Assembly: GCF_000010625.1 (NCBI RefSeq)
Contig: NC_010296.1
Span: 3,210,001 to 3,242,000 of the forward strand
Origin: Microcystis aeruginosa NIES-843
GTDB lineage: Bacteria; Cyanobacteriota; Cyanobacteriia; Cyanobacteriales; Microcystaceae
Direction: 5' to 3'
DNA length: 32,000 nucleotides
The stretch's first letter is position 1. Every line of letters starts with the position of its first letter. A program made the position numbers and the translations under genes. Below, piece after piece: positions 7,786 to 16,191 of the stretch. The notes below the pieces were generated by a model. That model did not search any database. It saw only the letters and a program-made list of their open reading frames with translations, and was not told where the DNA came from.

Positions 7786-8133
7786 ATGACCAACTCAATC
7801 TCTCAAGAACAAGCCCAAGAAATGTTAAGTAGCTGGTTATAATTAAATTTAAAATGGATTTTAGGTTCGATCCCCCCTTAATCCCCCCTTAATAAGGGGG
7901 GCATCTGACAACTTTTAACGCCTACCTACTTACGTTGGTTAAACAAAAATCGTGACACCGTGATTGATTTGTATAAAGATCAATACATTGCCTATAATGA
8001 AAAAGGGGTGATTGCTCACGGTGAAAATTTACAGAATGTTCTAGAAGAAGCCAAGACAACCAATCAAGAATTTGTCATTTATCTTGTTCCTCGTTGTCGT
8101 TATTCTATTCAAATTTTACCCCTTCAAGTTTAA
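7786..8133 (+). pseudogene. DUF5678-like small gene interrupted by a 96-bp insertion
   Basis: ATG 7786 gives MTNSISQEQAQEMLSSWL, then TAA at 7840. The same frame resumes after stops at 7879 and 7906 and reads ...LRWLNKNRDTVIDLYKDQYIAYNEKGVIAHGENLQNVLEEAKTTNQEFVIYLVPRCRYSIQILPLQV* (stop at 8131-8133). Removing 7840-7941 joins ...SSWL to NKNRD... and gives an 81-aa ORF. Confidence 0.55.
7840..7935. mobile_element. MITE-like 96-bp insertion flanked by TGGTTA direct repeats
   Basis: TGGTTA occurs at 7834-7839 and again at 7936-7941. Inside there is a tandem TCCCCCCTTAA x2 (7871-7892) and a near-perfect palindrome CCCCCCTTAATAAGGGGGG (7883-7901). No clear terminal inverted repeats were found. Confidence 0.45.
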
Positions 8134-8169
8134 AGTAGTTTAAGATGATTTTGACAACGGCAAAATTCT

Positions 8170-9183
8170 ATGAAAATAACCCTTTATCAACCGACGTTAT
8201 CGTTATTATTACTGCTGTTGCTATCCGGTGGTTGTGCAGTCAATCAGGAAAAAGAGAAAACCACCACCCCGCAAGCGTCTCCCCTAGCAGAAATCGTTCC
8301 TTGGCAGATGGTCGAACGGGTTACTATTTTAAAAGCCGATCAGGATCCCATCTATGCTTTGGCCATTAGTCCCGATAACTCCCTGCTGCTGAGTGGTAGT
8401 TTTGACGGCACTGTTAGGGAATGGGACCTAAAAACCCAAAAACCTCTCAGGACTTGGCAACTAGGAGATACTGTTAACGCTATCCAATTTAGTCCCGATG
8501 GCAAGAGTTTCGTAACTGCCGATGCGGGGGGAAAAGTGCAACGCTGGAATACGCGCACGGGAAAATTAGAAATGACCTATCCCGGCCATGCTTTTCTCGT
8601 TACTGATGCCGCTATTTCTCCCGATGGCAAAATTTTGGCTACGGGTAGCTGGGATCGTACAGTCAAACTCTGGGATTTTCAGACGGGTACACTGTTAAAA
8701 ACCCTGCGCGGTCATAATCATCCGATTCAAGCGATCGCATTTAGTCCCGATGGTAAAGGAATTGTCAGCGCCGATTACGATGGTTTCGTTAAACTGTGGA
8801 AAGTGAGTACCGGTCGCTTTATTCGGGCCTATGCGGGGAATTTATTCCCCGTTTATCGGGTGCTTTTTTCCAAGGATGGTAATACCGCCGGTACTGCTAG
8901 TCAAGACGGTTCGATCCGCGGTTGGCAAGTGAAAAGCGGCATCGGCACCACTACTATTCTCGCCCATAACGACGCTGTTACCGATATGGCCCTGCTGGAT
9001 GGGGGTAAAGTTTTGGCCAGCACTTCCGGGGATGGAACTGTCAAATTTTGGGATGTTAATACCCGTCGGCACTTGAATACTCTCAAGGGAAACGTCATCT
9101 TAAGAATGGTTGCCAGTCGAGATGGTCGTTGGTTAGTCACTGGAGATCGAGACGGTGCGATCGCAATCTGGCGGGGAATCTAA
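8170..9183 (+). CDS. WD40-repeat beta-propeller protein with probable lipoprotein signal peptide
   Basis: The N-terminus is MKITLYQPTLSLLLLLLLSGGC. It is followed by about 7 WD40-type repeats (e.g. GSFDGTVREWDL, GSWDRTVKLWDF, ADYDGFVKLWKV, SGDGTVKFWDV, GDRDGAIAIW). Confidence 0.85.
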   Translation: MKITLYQPTLSLLLLLLLSGGCAVNQEKEKTTTPQASPLAEIVPWQMVERVTILKADQDPIYALAISPDNSLLLSGSFDGTVREWDLKTQKPLRTWQLGDTVNAIQFSPDGKSFVTADAGGKVQRWNTRTGKLEMTYPGHAFLVTDAAISPDGKILATGSWDRTVKLWDFQTGTLLKTLRGHNHPIQAIAFSPDGKGIVSADYDGFVKLWKVSTGRFIRAYAGNLFPVYRVLFSKDGNTAGTASQDGSIRGWQVKSGIGTTTILAHNDAVTDMALLDGGKVLASTSGDGTVKFWDVNTRRHLNTLKGNVILRMVASRDGRWLVTGDRDGAIAIWRGI

Positions 9184-9229
9184 TTAACTATAATTAAGAC
9201 TAGAGTGTTTTCTAGGGCGAAATATAGCT

Positions 9230-9802
9230 ATGGCAGCAGTGATTTTAAACTTAGATACAGTCAATCTCAGCGATGAGCAGTTTTACCGTCTCTGTCAAGT
9301 TAACCCAGATTGGCAACTGGAAAGAAACGTTCAAGGAGAATTAATTGTGATGCCACCTGTTGGGGGAATTAGCGGCAACCGAGAGGCCGATTTTATCATT
9401 GACTTAGGTATCTGGAACCGTCAAACCCGATTGGGTAAAGTCTTTAGTTCGGCGACGATTTTTCGTTTACCGAAGGGGGGAGATCGCGCTCCCGATGCCG
9501 CTTGGGTGAGTTTAACTCGTTGGCAAGCTCTGAGTCGAGAAGAACAGGAGAAATTTCCGCCTATTTGTCCCGATTTCGTTATTGAACTACGCTCCCGTAG
9601 CGATTCCCTCCCAGAAATTCAAGCGAAAATGCAGGAATATCTCCACAGTGGTTTGCGATTAGGTTGGCTAGTTAATCCTCAACAACAACAAGTGGAAATT
9701 TATCGTCCTCAGCAATCCGTAGAAATTATGGAACTACCGGCTAATTTAAACGGAGAGGATGTCTTACCCGGCTTTAGTCTATTTATCTCTATTTTTGAGT
9801 AA
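9230..9802 (+). CDS. Uma2-family (DUF820) PD-(D/E)xK endonuclease
   Basis: This is the typical Uma2 layout: ...GELIVMPPVGG..., ...APDAAWVS..., PDFVIELRSRSDS...K..EY...G...GWLVNP....VEIY. Confidence 0.8.
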   Translation: MAAVILNLDTVNLSDEQFYRLCQVNPDWQLERNVQGELIVMPPVGGISGNREADFIIDLGIWNRQTRLGKVFSSATIFRLPKGGDRAPDAAWVSLTRWQALSREEQEKFPPICPDFVIELRSRSDSLPEIQAKMQEYLHSGLRLGWLVNPQQQQVEIYRPQQSVEIMELPANLNGEDVLPGFSLFISIFE

Positions 9803-9867
9803 AATATCCTTAAAACCGAGGTATGATCAGACCTCTGGTAAAAATCAAAAATTGTTGTTAGGGTTAG

Positions 9868-9971
9868 GAGTCGGTCGTCAGTAGTCAGGGGAAATTTAGG
9901 GACTTTTTCCCTGAAAATTGGCTAATTGACCCCCGAAAATCGGTAAAACCCCACACCCCACACCCTACCCC
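9868..9971. repeat. composite intergenic repeat (GTCGGTCGTCAGTAGTCAGG module + CCCCACA-type units)
   Basis: GAGTCGGTCGTCAGTAGTCAGG (9868-9889) is related to the 14-mer CAGTAGCCGGTCGT at 18707-18734. CCCCACACCCCACACCCTACCCC (9949-9971) is the complement of the GGGGTGT units at 3619-3835. Confidence 0.8.
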
Positions 9972-10001
9972 TAGGAAAAACTTTTTCAGCAAACCCTAAC
10001 T

Positions 10002-10913
10002 ATGACCACCGATACTGTCACCACTCCCTCGCCCAAAAAACTCTGGTTAGCAGCCATTAAACCACCAATGTATAGTGTGGCGATTATACCGATTATTCTG
10101 GGAACAGCGATCGCTTATCAGGAAACAGGTCGATTTTCTCTGCCGATTTTTGCCACTTTTATCCTCTCAGCTATTTTAATTCTCGCTTGGTTAAATCTCA
10201 GTAATGATGTTTTTGATGCCGATACCGGGATCGATGTCAATAAGGCACATTCGATTGTTAATTTAACCGGTAACAAATCTTTAATTTTCTGGCTGAGTAA
10301 TCTTTTTCTATTATTAGGCATCGCCGGTATTTTTGCTATTAGTTATGGGCGAGGCGATTGGATGCTCCTAGAATTAATCGCCCTCTGCTGTTTTTTGGGC
10401 TATACCTATCAAGGACCTCCCTTCCGTCTCGGTTATCAAGGATTAGGTGAAATTATCTGTTTCTTTACTTTTGGACCCTTGGCGATTGCCGCTGCCTACT
10501 ATTCCCAAGTCGGTGCTTTTTCTCTCTCTAGTCTAGCGGCTTCAATTATTATCGGGATTACCACTTCTATCATCCTTTTTTGTTCCCATTTCCATCAAGT
10601 CGCCGATGATCTCAAAGCGGGTAAAAAATCACCTATTGCCCGTTTGGGTACTTTAAAAGGTTCTAGAGTTTTAACCGTAGTCACGGTTCTCGTTTACGTT
10701 TTAACGGTAGTTTTTGTCCTGCTGCAAGTTTATCCCCCTCTCACTCTTTTAATCTTCCTTAGTCTCCCTTTCGCTTGGCAATTAGTCAACCACGTTAACC
10801 AAAATCACGACCAACCTCAGCTAGTCAGTAACTGCAAGTTTATAGCGGTTAATCTTCACTTTTTTAGTGGCATTCTCTTCTCCCTTGGTTATTTCCTTGC
10901 TTCCCGTTCATAA
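10002..10913 (+). CDS. menA: 1,4-dihydroxy-2-naphthoate phytyl/prenyltransferase (UbiA superfamily)
   Basis: It is a polytopic membrane protein. The first Asp-rich motif NLSNDVFDADTGID has the MenA-type ND..DA..G.D pattern. There is a second acidic region, HQVADDLKAGKKSP. At 303 aa, the size fits MenA. Confidence 0.75.
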   Translation: MTTDTVTTPSPKKLWLAAIKPPMYSVAIIPIILGTAIAYQETGRFSLPIFATFILSAILILAWLNLSNDVFDADTGIDVNKAHSIVNLTGNKSLIFWLSNLFLLLGIAGIFAISYGRGDWMLLELIALCCFLGYTYQGPPFRLGYQGLGEIICFFTFGPLAIAAAYYSQVGAFSLSSLAASIIIGITTSIILFCSHFHQVADDLKAGKKSPIARLGTLKGSRVLTVVTVLVYVLTVVFVLLQVYPPLTLLIFLSLPFAWQLVNHVNQNHDQPQLVSNCKFIAVNLHFFSGILFSLGYFLASRS

Positions 10914-10939
10914 ACCCGATTTTTTTTCTTAAACCCCTT

Positions 10940-11063
10940 TATCAGTTATCAGTTATCAGTTATCAGTTATCAGTTATTAGTTTTGAGTTTTAAGTTCAGT
11001 GATCACTGTTTACTGATCACTGAAAACACTTCCTCATTCATAATTCATAATTCATAATTCATC
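10940..11063. repeat. STRR-like block: (TATCAGT)x5-6, a 10-bp inverted repeat around TGATCA, and (ATTCATA)x4
   Basis: TATCAGT units run from 10940 to 10981. TCAGTGATCA (10996-11005) pairs with TGATCACTGA (11014-11023) across an 8-nt spacer. ATTCATA units run from 11036 to 11063, ending 20 nt before the ATG at 11083. Confidence 0.9.
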
Positions 11064-11082
11064 GCCACAAATCAAGGTTAGC

Positions 11083-12777
11083 ATGAGTGAACAACCCCTC
11101 GGATCGGTTATTCAAGGTTCCCTGAGTGAAGGTTTAGAAATCCGTCTTTATCCGGATATTTCCGTGGAAGATATGCGCGTCGGTAAGTTTTTGGTTGTGC
11201 AAGGCACTCGCTCGCGTTTTTTCTGTCTCCTCACCGATGTCTCCCTGGGTAACTCCAGTCCCCGGATTATCGCTAACCCTCCCCATCCCGATGATAGTTT
11301 TATGCGCGATGTTTTAGCGGGTAGCGGTACTTATGGTACTATCGAACTATCTCCTATGCTCATGTTTACCCCGACTGGAGGTAATTCTCCCGCAGTTTCT
11401 GACACTTCTTTAGGCTCTTTTCAACCCCAAACTAGCGCCGATTTAGAATTACTGCCAGTTAAAACTATTCCCGCCCATTTTAGCCAAGTTTATGAAGCTT
11501 GTGAGCAGGATTTTCGCATGGTTTTCGGTTGGGAAGATGACCCCACCAGAAAGAATTTTGCTATTGGTCAACCCCTTGACATGGACGTGCCAATATGTAT
11601 TAATCTCGATCGCTTTGTGGAACGTAGTAACGGTGTTTTTGGCAAATCCGGGACGGGAAAATCCTTTTTAACCAGATTACTAATTTCGGGCATTATTCGC
11701 AAACAAGCAGGGGTTAACCTCATGTTTGATATGCACTCGGAATACGGTTGGGAAGCGATGAAAGAAGGGAAGGATGTTTCTACGGTGAAAGGATTATGTC
11801 AATTATTCCCCGGACAGGTGGAAATTTATACCCTCGATCCCGATTCTACCAAACGCCGGGGAGTACGAGGAGCGCAGGAATTATTCTTAAGTTATAATCA
11901 GATTGAAATCGAGGATATTCGTTTAATCGGTCGGGAATTAGGCATCTCGGAAGCTAGTTTAGATAATGCCAATATTCTCTATAACGAGTATGGAGAATCT
12001 TGGATCGTTCAGTTATTAAATATGAGTAACGAGGATATTAAAATCTTCTGTACGGAAAAACAGGGCCATGCGGGATCGATTATGTCCCTCCAGAGAAAAT
12101 TAATGCGTCTAGATAGTTTGAAATATTTAAAAAGTGTTTGTCCCCACAATTATATCGATCAGGTTTTACAAGCTTTAGATGCGGGTAAGCACGTTGTCAT
12201 TGAATTTGGCTCCCAAAGTAATATGCTTTCCTATATGTTAGCCACCAATATGATCACCCGTCGGATTCATGCTAATTATGTTAAAAAAGCTGAATATTTT
12301 TTACAAACCAAAAACCCCGTTGATCGGCCGCAACAGTTAGTGATTACCATTGAAGAAGCTCATCGATTTCTCGATGCTGCCGTGGTGCATCAAACTATTT
12401 TTGGAACCATCGCTAGGGAGATGCGAAAATACTTTGTTACTCTCTTAATTGTTGATCAAAGACCTTCAGGAATTGATAACGAAGTCATGTCTCAGGTAGG
12501 GACAAGAATCACCTGTTTATTAAACGATGAAAAGGACATCGAAGCCATATTTACCGGGGTTTCTGGAGGGGGAAGTTTGCGATCAGTTTTAGCGAAATTA
12601 GACTCAAAACAACAAGCTTTAGTTTTAGGTCATGCGGTCCCTATGCCGGTAGTAATTCGTACTCGCGCCTACGATCAAAAATTCTATGCTGAAATAGGTG
12701 CGACCGACTGGCGAGAATTACCCGATGAGGAAGTATTAGCGGCGGCCAAAATTGCCAAAGCCGATCTAGGATTTTAG
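11083..12777 (+). CDS. HerA-like (DUF87/COG0433) P-loop ATPase
   Basis: Walker A is GVFGKSGTGKSFLTRLL, followed by MFDMHSEYG. Walker B is LVITIEEAHRFL, and the sensor region is LLIVDQRPSGIDNEVMSQVGTRITCLLNDEKD. The N-terminal barrel-like region (VGKFLVVQG) resembles a HerA HAS-barrel. Confidence 0.75.
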   Translation: MSEQPLGSVIQGSLSEGLEIRLYPDISVEDMRVGKFLVVQGTRSRFFCLLTDVSLGNSSPRIIANPPHPDDSFMRDVLAGSGTYGTIELSPMLMFTPTGGNSPAVSDTSLGSFQPQTSADLELLPVKTIPAHFSQVYEACEQDFRMVFGWEDDPTRKNFAIGQPLDMDVPICINLDRFVERSNGVFGKSGTGKSFLTRLLISGIIRKQAGVNLMFDMHSEYGWEAMKEGKDVSTVKGLCQLFPGQVEIYTLDPDSTKRRGVRGAQELFLSYNQIEIEDIRLIGRELGISEASLDNANILYNEYGESWIVQLLNMSNEDIKIFCTEKQGHAGSIMSLQRKLMRLDSLKYLKSVCPHNYIDQVLQALDAGKHVVIEFGSQSNMLSYMLATNMITRRIHANYVKKAEYFLQTKNPVDRPQQLVITIEEAHRFLDAAVVHQTIFGTIAREMRKYFVTLLIVDQRPSGIDNEVMSQVGTRITCLLNDEKDIEAIFTGVSGGGSLRSVLAKLDSKQQALVLGHAVPMPVVIRTRAYDQKFYAEIGATDWRELPDEEVLAAAKIAKADLGF

Positions 12778-12833
12778 AAAAATTAATTTTTGATTGTAGA
12801 ATAGAGTTGGATTGTTTTTACTGTTTACCTCCC

Positions 12834-13286
12834 ATGACCGCTCAAATACCGATCTCGAAGATCAGCTTATACGATCGAGATTTTCAGCTATGGATCGAGA
12901 CAACCGTTAACCAATTACGACAGGAGGATTTTGCCTCGGTTGACTGGACTAATCTGATCGAGGAATTAGCAAGCATGGGAAAAAATAATCGACACGCTCT
13001 CAAAAGTTTGTTAATTCAATTATTAGCTCATCTGCTCAAGTTAGTTTATTGGCAGACGGAAAGAAAGTATAATGCTAATAAATGGGAAGCGGCAATTATT
13101 AATTTTCGAGTTCAAATTGCCGATCTGCTGGAAGACAGTCCTAGCTTAAAACCTTATCTCCTCGAAATTTTCGATTCTTGTTATGGAAAAGCTAGACAAA
13201 TAGTCTCGAAATTGAGCAAGCAAGAAATTCCCATAGAAGTCATTATTACCCCAGCAGAAACCCTGGATGAAAACTGGTTTCCCTAA
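12834..13286 (+). CDS. DUF29-family protein
   Basis: LYDRDFQLWIETTVNQLRQEDFASVDWTNLIEELASMGKNNRHALKSLLIQLLAHLLKLVYW...SPSLKPYL is the canonical DUF29 pattern. I prefer the ATG at 12834 to the TTG at 12807 used by the ORF track. The stop is 2 nt before the rlmD start. Confidence 0.75.
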   Translation: MTAQIPISKISLYDRDFQLWIETTVNQLRQEDFASVDWTNLIEELASMGKNNRHALKSLLIQLLAHLLKLVYWQTERKYNANKWEAAIINFRVQIADLLEDSPSLKPYLLEIFDSCYGKARQIVSKLSKQEIPIEVIITPAETLDENWFP

Positions 13287-13288
13287 CT

Positions 13289-14656
13289 ATGCAACAAGGT
13301 GATTTAATCGAGATCGAGATTACCGACCTCAACCATACGGGCGAAGGTGTGGGAAAATACCGAGGACAGGTGATTTTTGTGCCGGATACGGTCATTGGCG
13401 ATCGCATTCAAACTCGCATCACCTATATCAAAAAAAGTCATGCGATCGGCAAACTACAAACTATTCTCCAAGCTTCTCCCCATCGTATCCGTCCCCGCTG
13501 CATCGTCGCCGATAAATGTGGTGGCTGTCAATGGCAACACATCGAGGATCAATTTCAGCTTCAGGTCAAAAAAGAGCAAGTACAAGAGGTATTAACCAGA
13601 ATTGGTGGTTTTACCGATCCTTTGGTTTATCCTCCCCTCACCGGTAATTCTCCCCTCGCTTATCGCAATAAAGCTACCTATCCCCTCGGATTTTCCCCCA
13701 CCGGCAATGTGCAAGCAGGTTATTATCGTCGCGGCAGCCATCATCTGATTAATCTCAATCAATGTCCGATTCAAGATCAGGCTTTAAATCCGTTTCTAGC
13801 AGAGATAAAACAGGATATTCAGGGTCAAGGCTGGTCAATTTACGATGAAAAGACCCATCAAGGACAATTACGCCATTTATCCCTAAGAATTGGCCGCCAC
13901 ACGGGAGAAATTTTATTAACCCTGATTAGTACCGATAATAATTTACAGGGAATTGAGGCACAGGCGCAGCAATGGCTGGCAAAATACGCCAATTTAGTCG
14001 GTGTAACCGTGAATTATCACCCCGAGCGAGGTAATGCTATTTTTGGCGCTCAGACCACAACTATCGCCGGAAGGGACTATATTACCGAAAAGTTCGCCGG
14101 ATTAACCTATCAATTGGCTGCCGATACCTTTTTTCAGGTTAATACAGAGGCTGCTGAAGCCTTATTTGCGGTTATTTGTCAGAAATTAGACCTTAAAGGT
14201 GAAGAAATTCTCATTGATGCCTACTGTGGTATCGGTACTTTTACTTTACCCCTCGCTAAACGGGTTAAAGAGGTGATTGGACTAGAATCCTATAGCTTTT
14301 CCCTCGATCGAGCCAAGATTAACGCCCAATTAAATAATATTACCAACACAACTTTTATTTTGGGGGCAGTAGAAAAAACTTTACCGCAACTGACAGTTAA
14401 ACCCGACATTATTCTACTCGATCCGCCCCGCAAAGGTTGCGATCGATCTGTCCTCGATAGTCTGTTACGGCTGCAAAGTCAACGCATTGTTTATATCAGT
14501 TGTCAAAGTGCAACTTTAGCCAGAGACTTGCAATATCTCTGTAAAACAGGCGATTATCAACTGCTAGAAGTGCAAACAGCTGATTTCTTTCCCCAAACTC
14601 CCCACGTCGAATGCGCCGCTTTTCTTAGACAAAAAACAGCGAATATGGTAGGATGA
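13289..14656 (+). CDS. rlmD: 23S rRNA (uracil-C5)-methyltransferase RlmD/RumA family
   Basis: It has an N-terminal TRAM-like domain (DLNHTGEGVGKY.GQVIFVPDTVIGD). The Fe-S Cys cluster is ...C...DKCGGCQWQH...CP. The AdoMet motif is DAYCGIGTFTLPLA, followed by LDPPRKGC and the catalytic YISCQSATLARD. Confidence 0.85.
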   Translation: MQQGDLIEIEITDLNHTGEGVGKYRGQVIFVPDTVIGDRIQTRITYIKKSHAIGKLQTILQASPHRIRPRCIVADKCGGCQWQHIEDQFQLQVKKEQVQEVLTRIGGFTDPLVYPPLTGNSPLAYRNKATYPLGFSPTGNVQAGYYRRGSHHLINLNQCPIQDQALNPFLAEIKQDIQGQGWSIYDEKTHQGQLRHLSLRIGRHTGEILLTLISTDNNLQGIEAQAQQWLAKYANLVGVTVNYHPERGNAIFGAQTTTIAGRDYITEKFAGLTYQLAADTFFQVNTEAAEALFAVICQKLDLKGEEILIDAYCGIGTFTLPLAKRVKEVIGLESYSFSLDRAKINAQLNNITNTTFILGAVEKTLPQLTVKPDIILLDPPRKGCDRSVLDSLLRLQSQRIVYISCQSATLARDLQYLCKTGDYQLLEVQTADFFPQTPHVECAAFLRQKTANMVG

Positions 14657-14952
14657 AATAGGAGGAAAAACCCGACACTTTAGCCGTTTATAGCTGAAAA
14701 GTCAATGGGTAAGGATAATAGCATATTAAAGACCGTTCCAGTCAACTACTTTTTTGATTAATTACCCGCTCAAAGTGGCCTTGATTCTCGATTGGTTTGT
14801 AGATCAATCATAAAAATATCTAATCAATCTCAGAGACAGAAAAGGGATAAAACATGACTCATTAGGTATGGCAATCATCTAGATCGACGGTTAAGAGACC
14901 TTAATCTTTCTGTAAGAGAACAGTCATTGAATAAAAGCTAGAGGTAAAGCGC

Positions 14953-15399
14953 GTGATTGCTATTTCACTGCCAACAAGCAAACGAAGCTGGAACACCATG
15001 AGTTTCGCTTCCACCTTGTATCTTTGTCCGATTTTAGATTTATTGACCGCTAGTATTCCCGAAGAATTAGAACCAGAAATTAGATTAGGATTGCAAGAAG
15101 CTTTAGTTAATGCCGCTAAACACGGCAATCATCTCGATCCCAGCAAAACCGTGGTCGTTCACTTTTCCAGCAGTAAAGACGAGTATTCTTGGGTAATTAC
15201 CGACGAAGGTTGTGGATTTACGCCAGGTTGTCACCATCATGGCTGTAGTTGCGATTGTCCCAATTTTCCCCCCGAAGAAGCGGAAAATGGCCGAGGACTG
15301 TGTATGTTATATCAAATCTTCGACCAAGTTCACTGGAATCAACAAGGAACCCAACTGAAACTTTGTAAACAAATTAAACAGGAACGGTGGTTCACCTAA
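14953..15399 (+). CDS. RsbW/SpoIIAB-like ATP-binding protein (anti-sigma regulatory kinase fold) with Cys/His-rich insert
   Basis: The N-box-like motif is EALVNAAKHGN, the G1-like motif is ITDEGCGF and the G2-like motif is ENGRGLCMLYQIFD. GTG start. An unusual CHHHGCSCDC lies between G1 and G2. Confidence 0.6.
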   Translation: MIAISLPTSKRSWNTMSFASTLYLCPILDLLTASIPEELEPEIRLGLQEALVNAAKHGNHLDPSKTVVVHFSSSKDEYSWVITDEGCGFTPGCHHHGCSCDCPNFPPEEAENGRGLCMLYQIFDQVHWNQQGTQLKLCKQIKQERWFT

Positions 15400-15683
15400 G
15401 GACCGTGACCGTGAGAAGGACAGGGAGGAGCAGAAATCGAGCGATCAAGCCAGCCTGTAGCCTGTTGTAGCCGAGGAAGTGCTTCTTCTGGCTGATTATC
15501 TAATAAAAACACCAAAGCCGTCCCTAATTGTTCAGCGGCCCGAGCATTACGGTTAGCCTTCAGACGATGCCAGTCAATCGGTGCGATCGCCAAACGTTCC
15601 GCCAAAATCCGCGCCAATTCCAGGGTAGATAGATCATCAACAGTCTGAGATGAGGAAGAGACAGGGGATGGAATCATAATCAA
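15396..15683 (-). CDS. conserved-looking hypothetical protein (95 aa)
   Basis: The ORF has an ATG start and normal-looking amino-acid composition (…DWHRLKANRNARAAEQLGTAL…APPCPSHGHGP). It overlaps the previous gene tail-to-tail by 4 nt. I did not recognise a family with confidence. Confidence 0.5.
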   Translation of the reverse strand: MIMIPSPVSSSSQTVDDLSTLELARILAERLAIAPIDWHRLKANRNARAAEQLGTALVFLLDNQPEEALPRLQQATGWLDRSISAPPCPSHGHGP

Positions 15684-15749
15684 AAGGTTTCGTAAAACCG
15701 TAAAATCGTCTATAACTATAGTTTAGACGCAGGAAATCGGATCGAGTCC

Positions 15750-16151
15750 ATGTCCTTAGAAGAAAACCCATACCCTAACGATGAATCGGCAGAATTTACC
15801 CAAGCGATTGAAGAAGTCGAAGCGGCGCTCGCATCACTAAAAGACCGTTATCGACAGATCAGCGAAGCAGAACAGCAAAAAAAAGACCTAGAGGCACAAT
15901 TTAGCCAAATAGAACCCCAATGGCGGGAAAATCCCCTACCTGAACTAGAAAAGGAATTGGTACAAATTCGCGAACAGATTCAAGAATTAGAGGTAATTTT
16001 AGAAAGCAATTTACTCAAAGAAGGGGAATTAAAGCGTCTATTCTGGGAAGGAATCCGTCGCGGACTGCTGGGGGAAGTTTTTTGGCAAATTGTCCGCTTT
16101 GGTGGTATCGGAGTCTTACTGGGTTGGATTCTGCGATCCTGCACGGGGTGA
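15750..16151 (+). CDS. hypothetical coiled-coil protein with C-terminal transmembrane anchor
   Basis: The N-terminal 100 aa are acidic and heptad-like (EEVEAALASLKDRYRQISEAEQQKKDLEAQ...). The C-terminal hydrophobic segment is VFWQIVRFGGIGVLLGWIL. Confidence 0.5.
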   Translation: MSLEENPYPNDESAEFTQAIEEVEAALASLKDRYRQISEAEQQKKDLEAQFSQIEPQWRENPLPELEKELVQIREQIQELEVILESNLLKEGELKRLFWEGIRRGLLGEVFWQIVRFGGIGVLLGWILRSCTG

Positions 16152-16191
16152 TTAACTGCACAGGGGTGGGTGTGTTGCCTTGAGAAGCTGA

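Noticed and set aside
7861-7880. tRNA-like T-arm sequence GGTTCGATCCCC
   Set aside because: No acceptor stem, anticodon arm or D-arm can be drawn around it. It sits inside the 96-bp insertion and is probably coincidental.
8145-8369. 74-aa ORF overlapping the start of the WD40 gene
   Set aside because: It is an alternative frame of the WD40 signal-peptide region. The WD40 frame continues for 337 aa with clear repeats.
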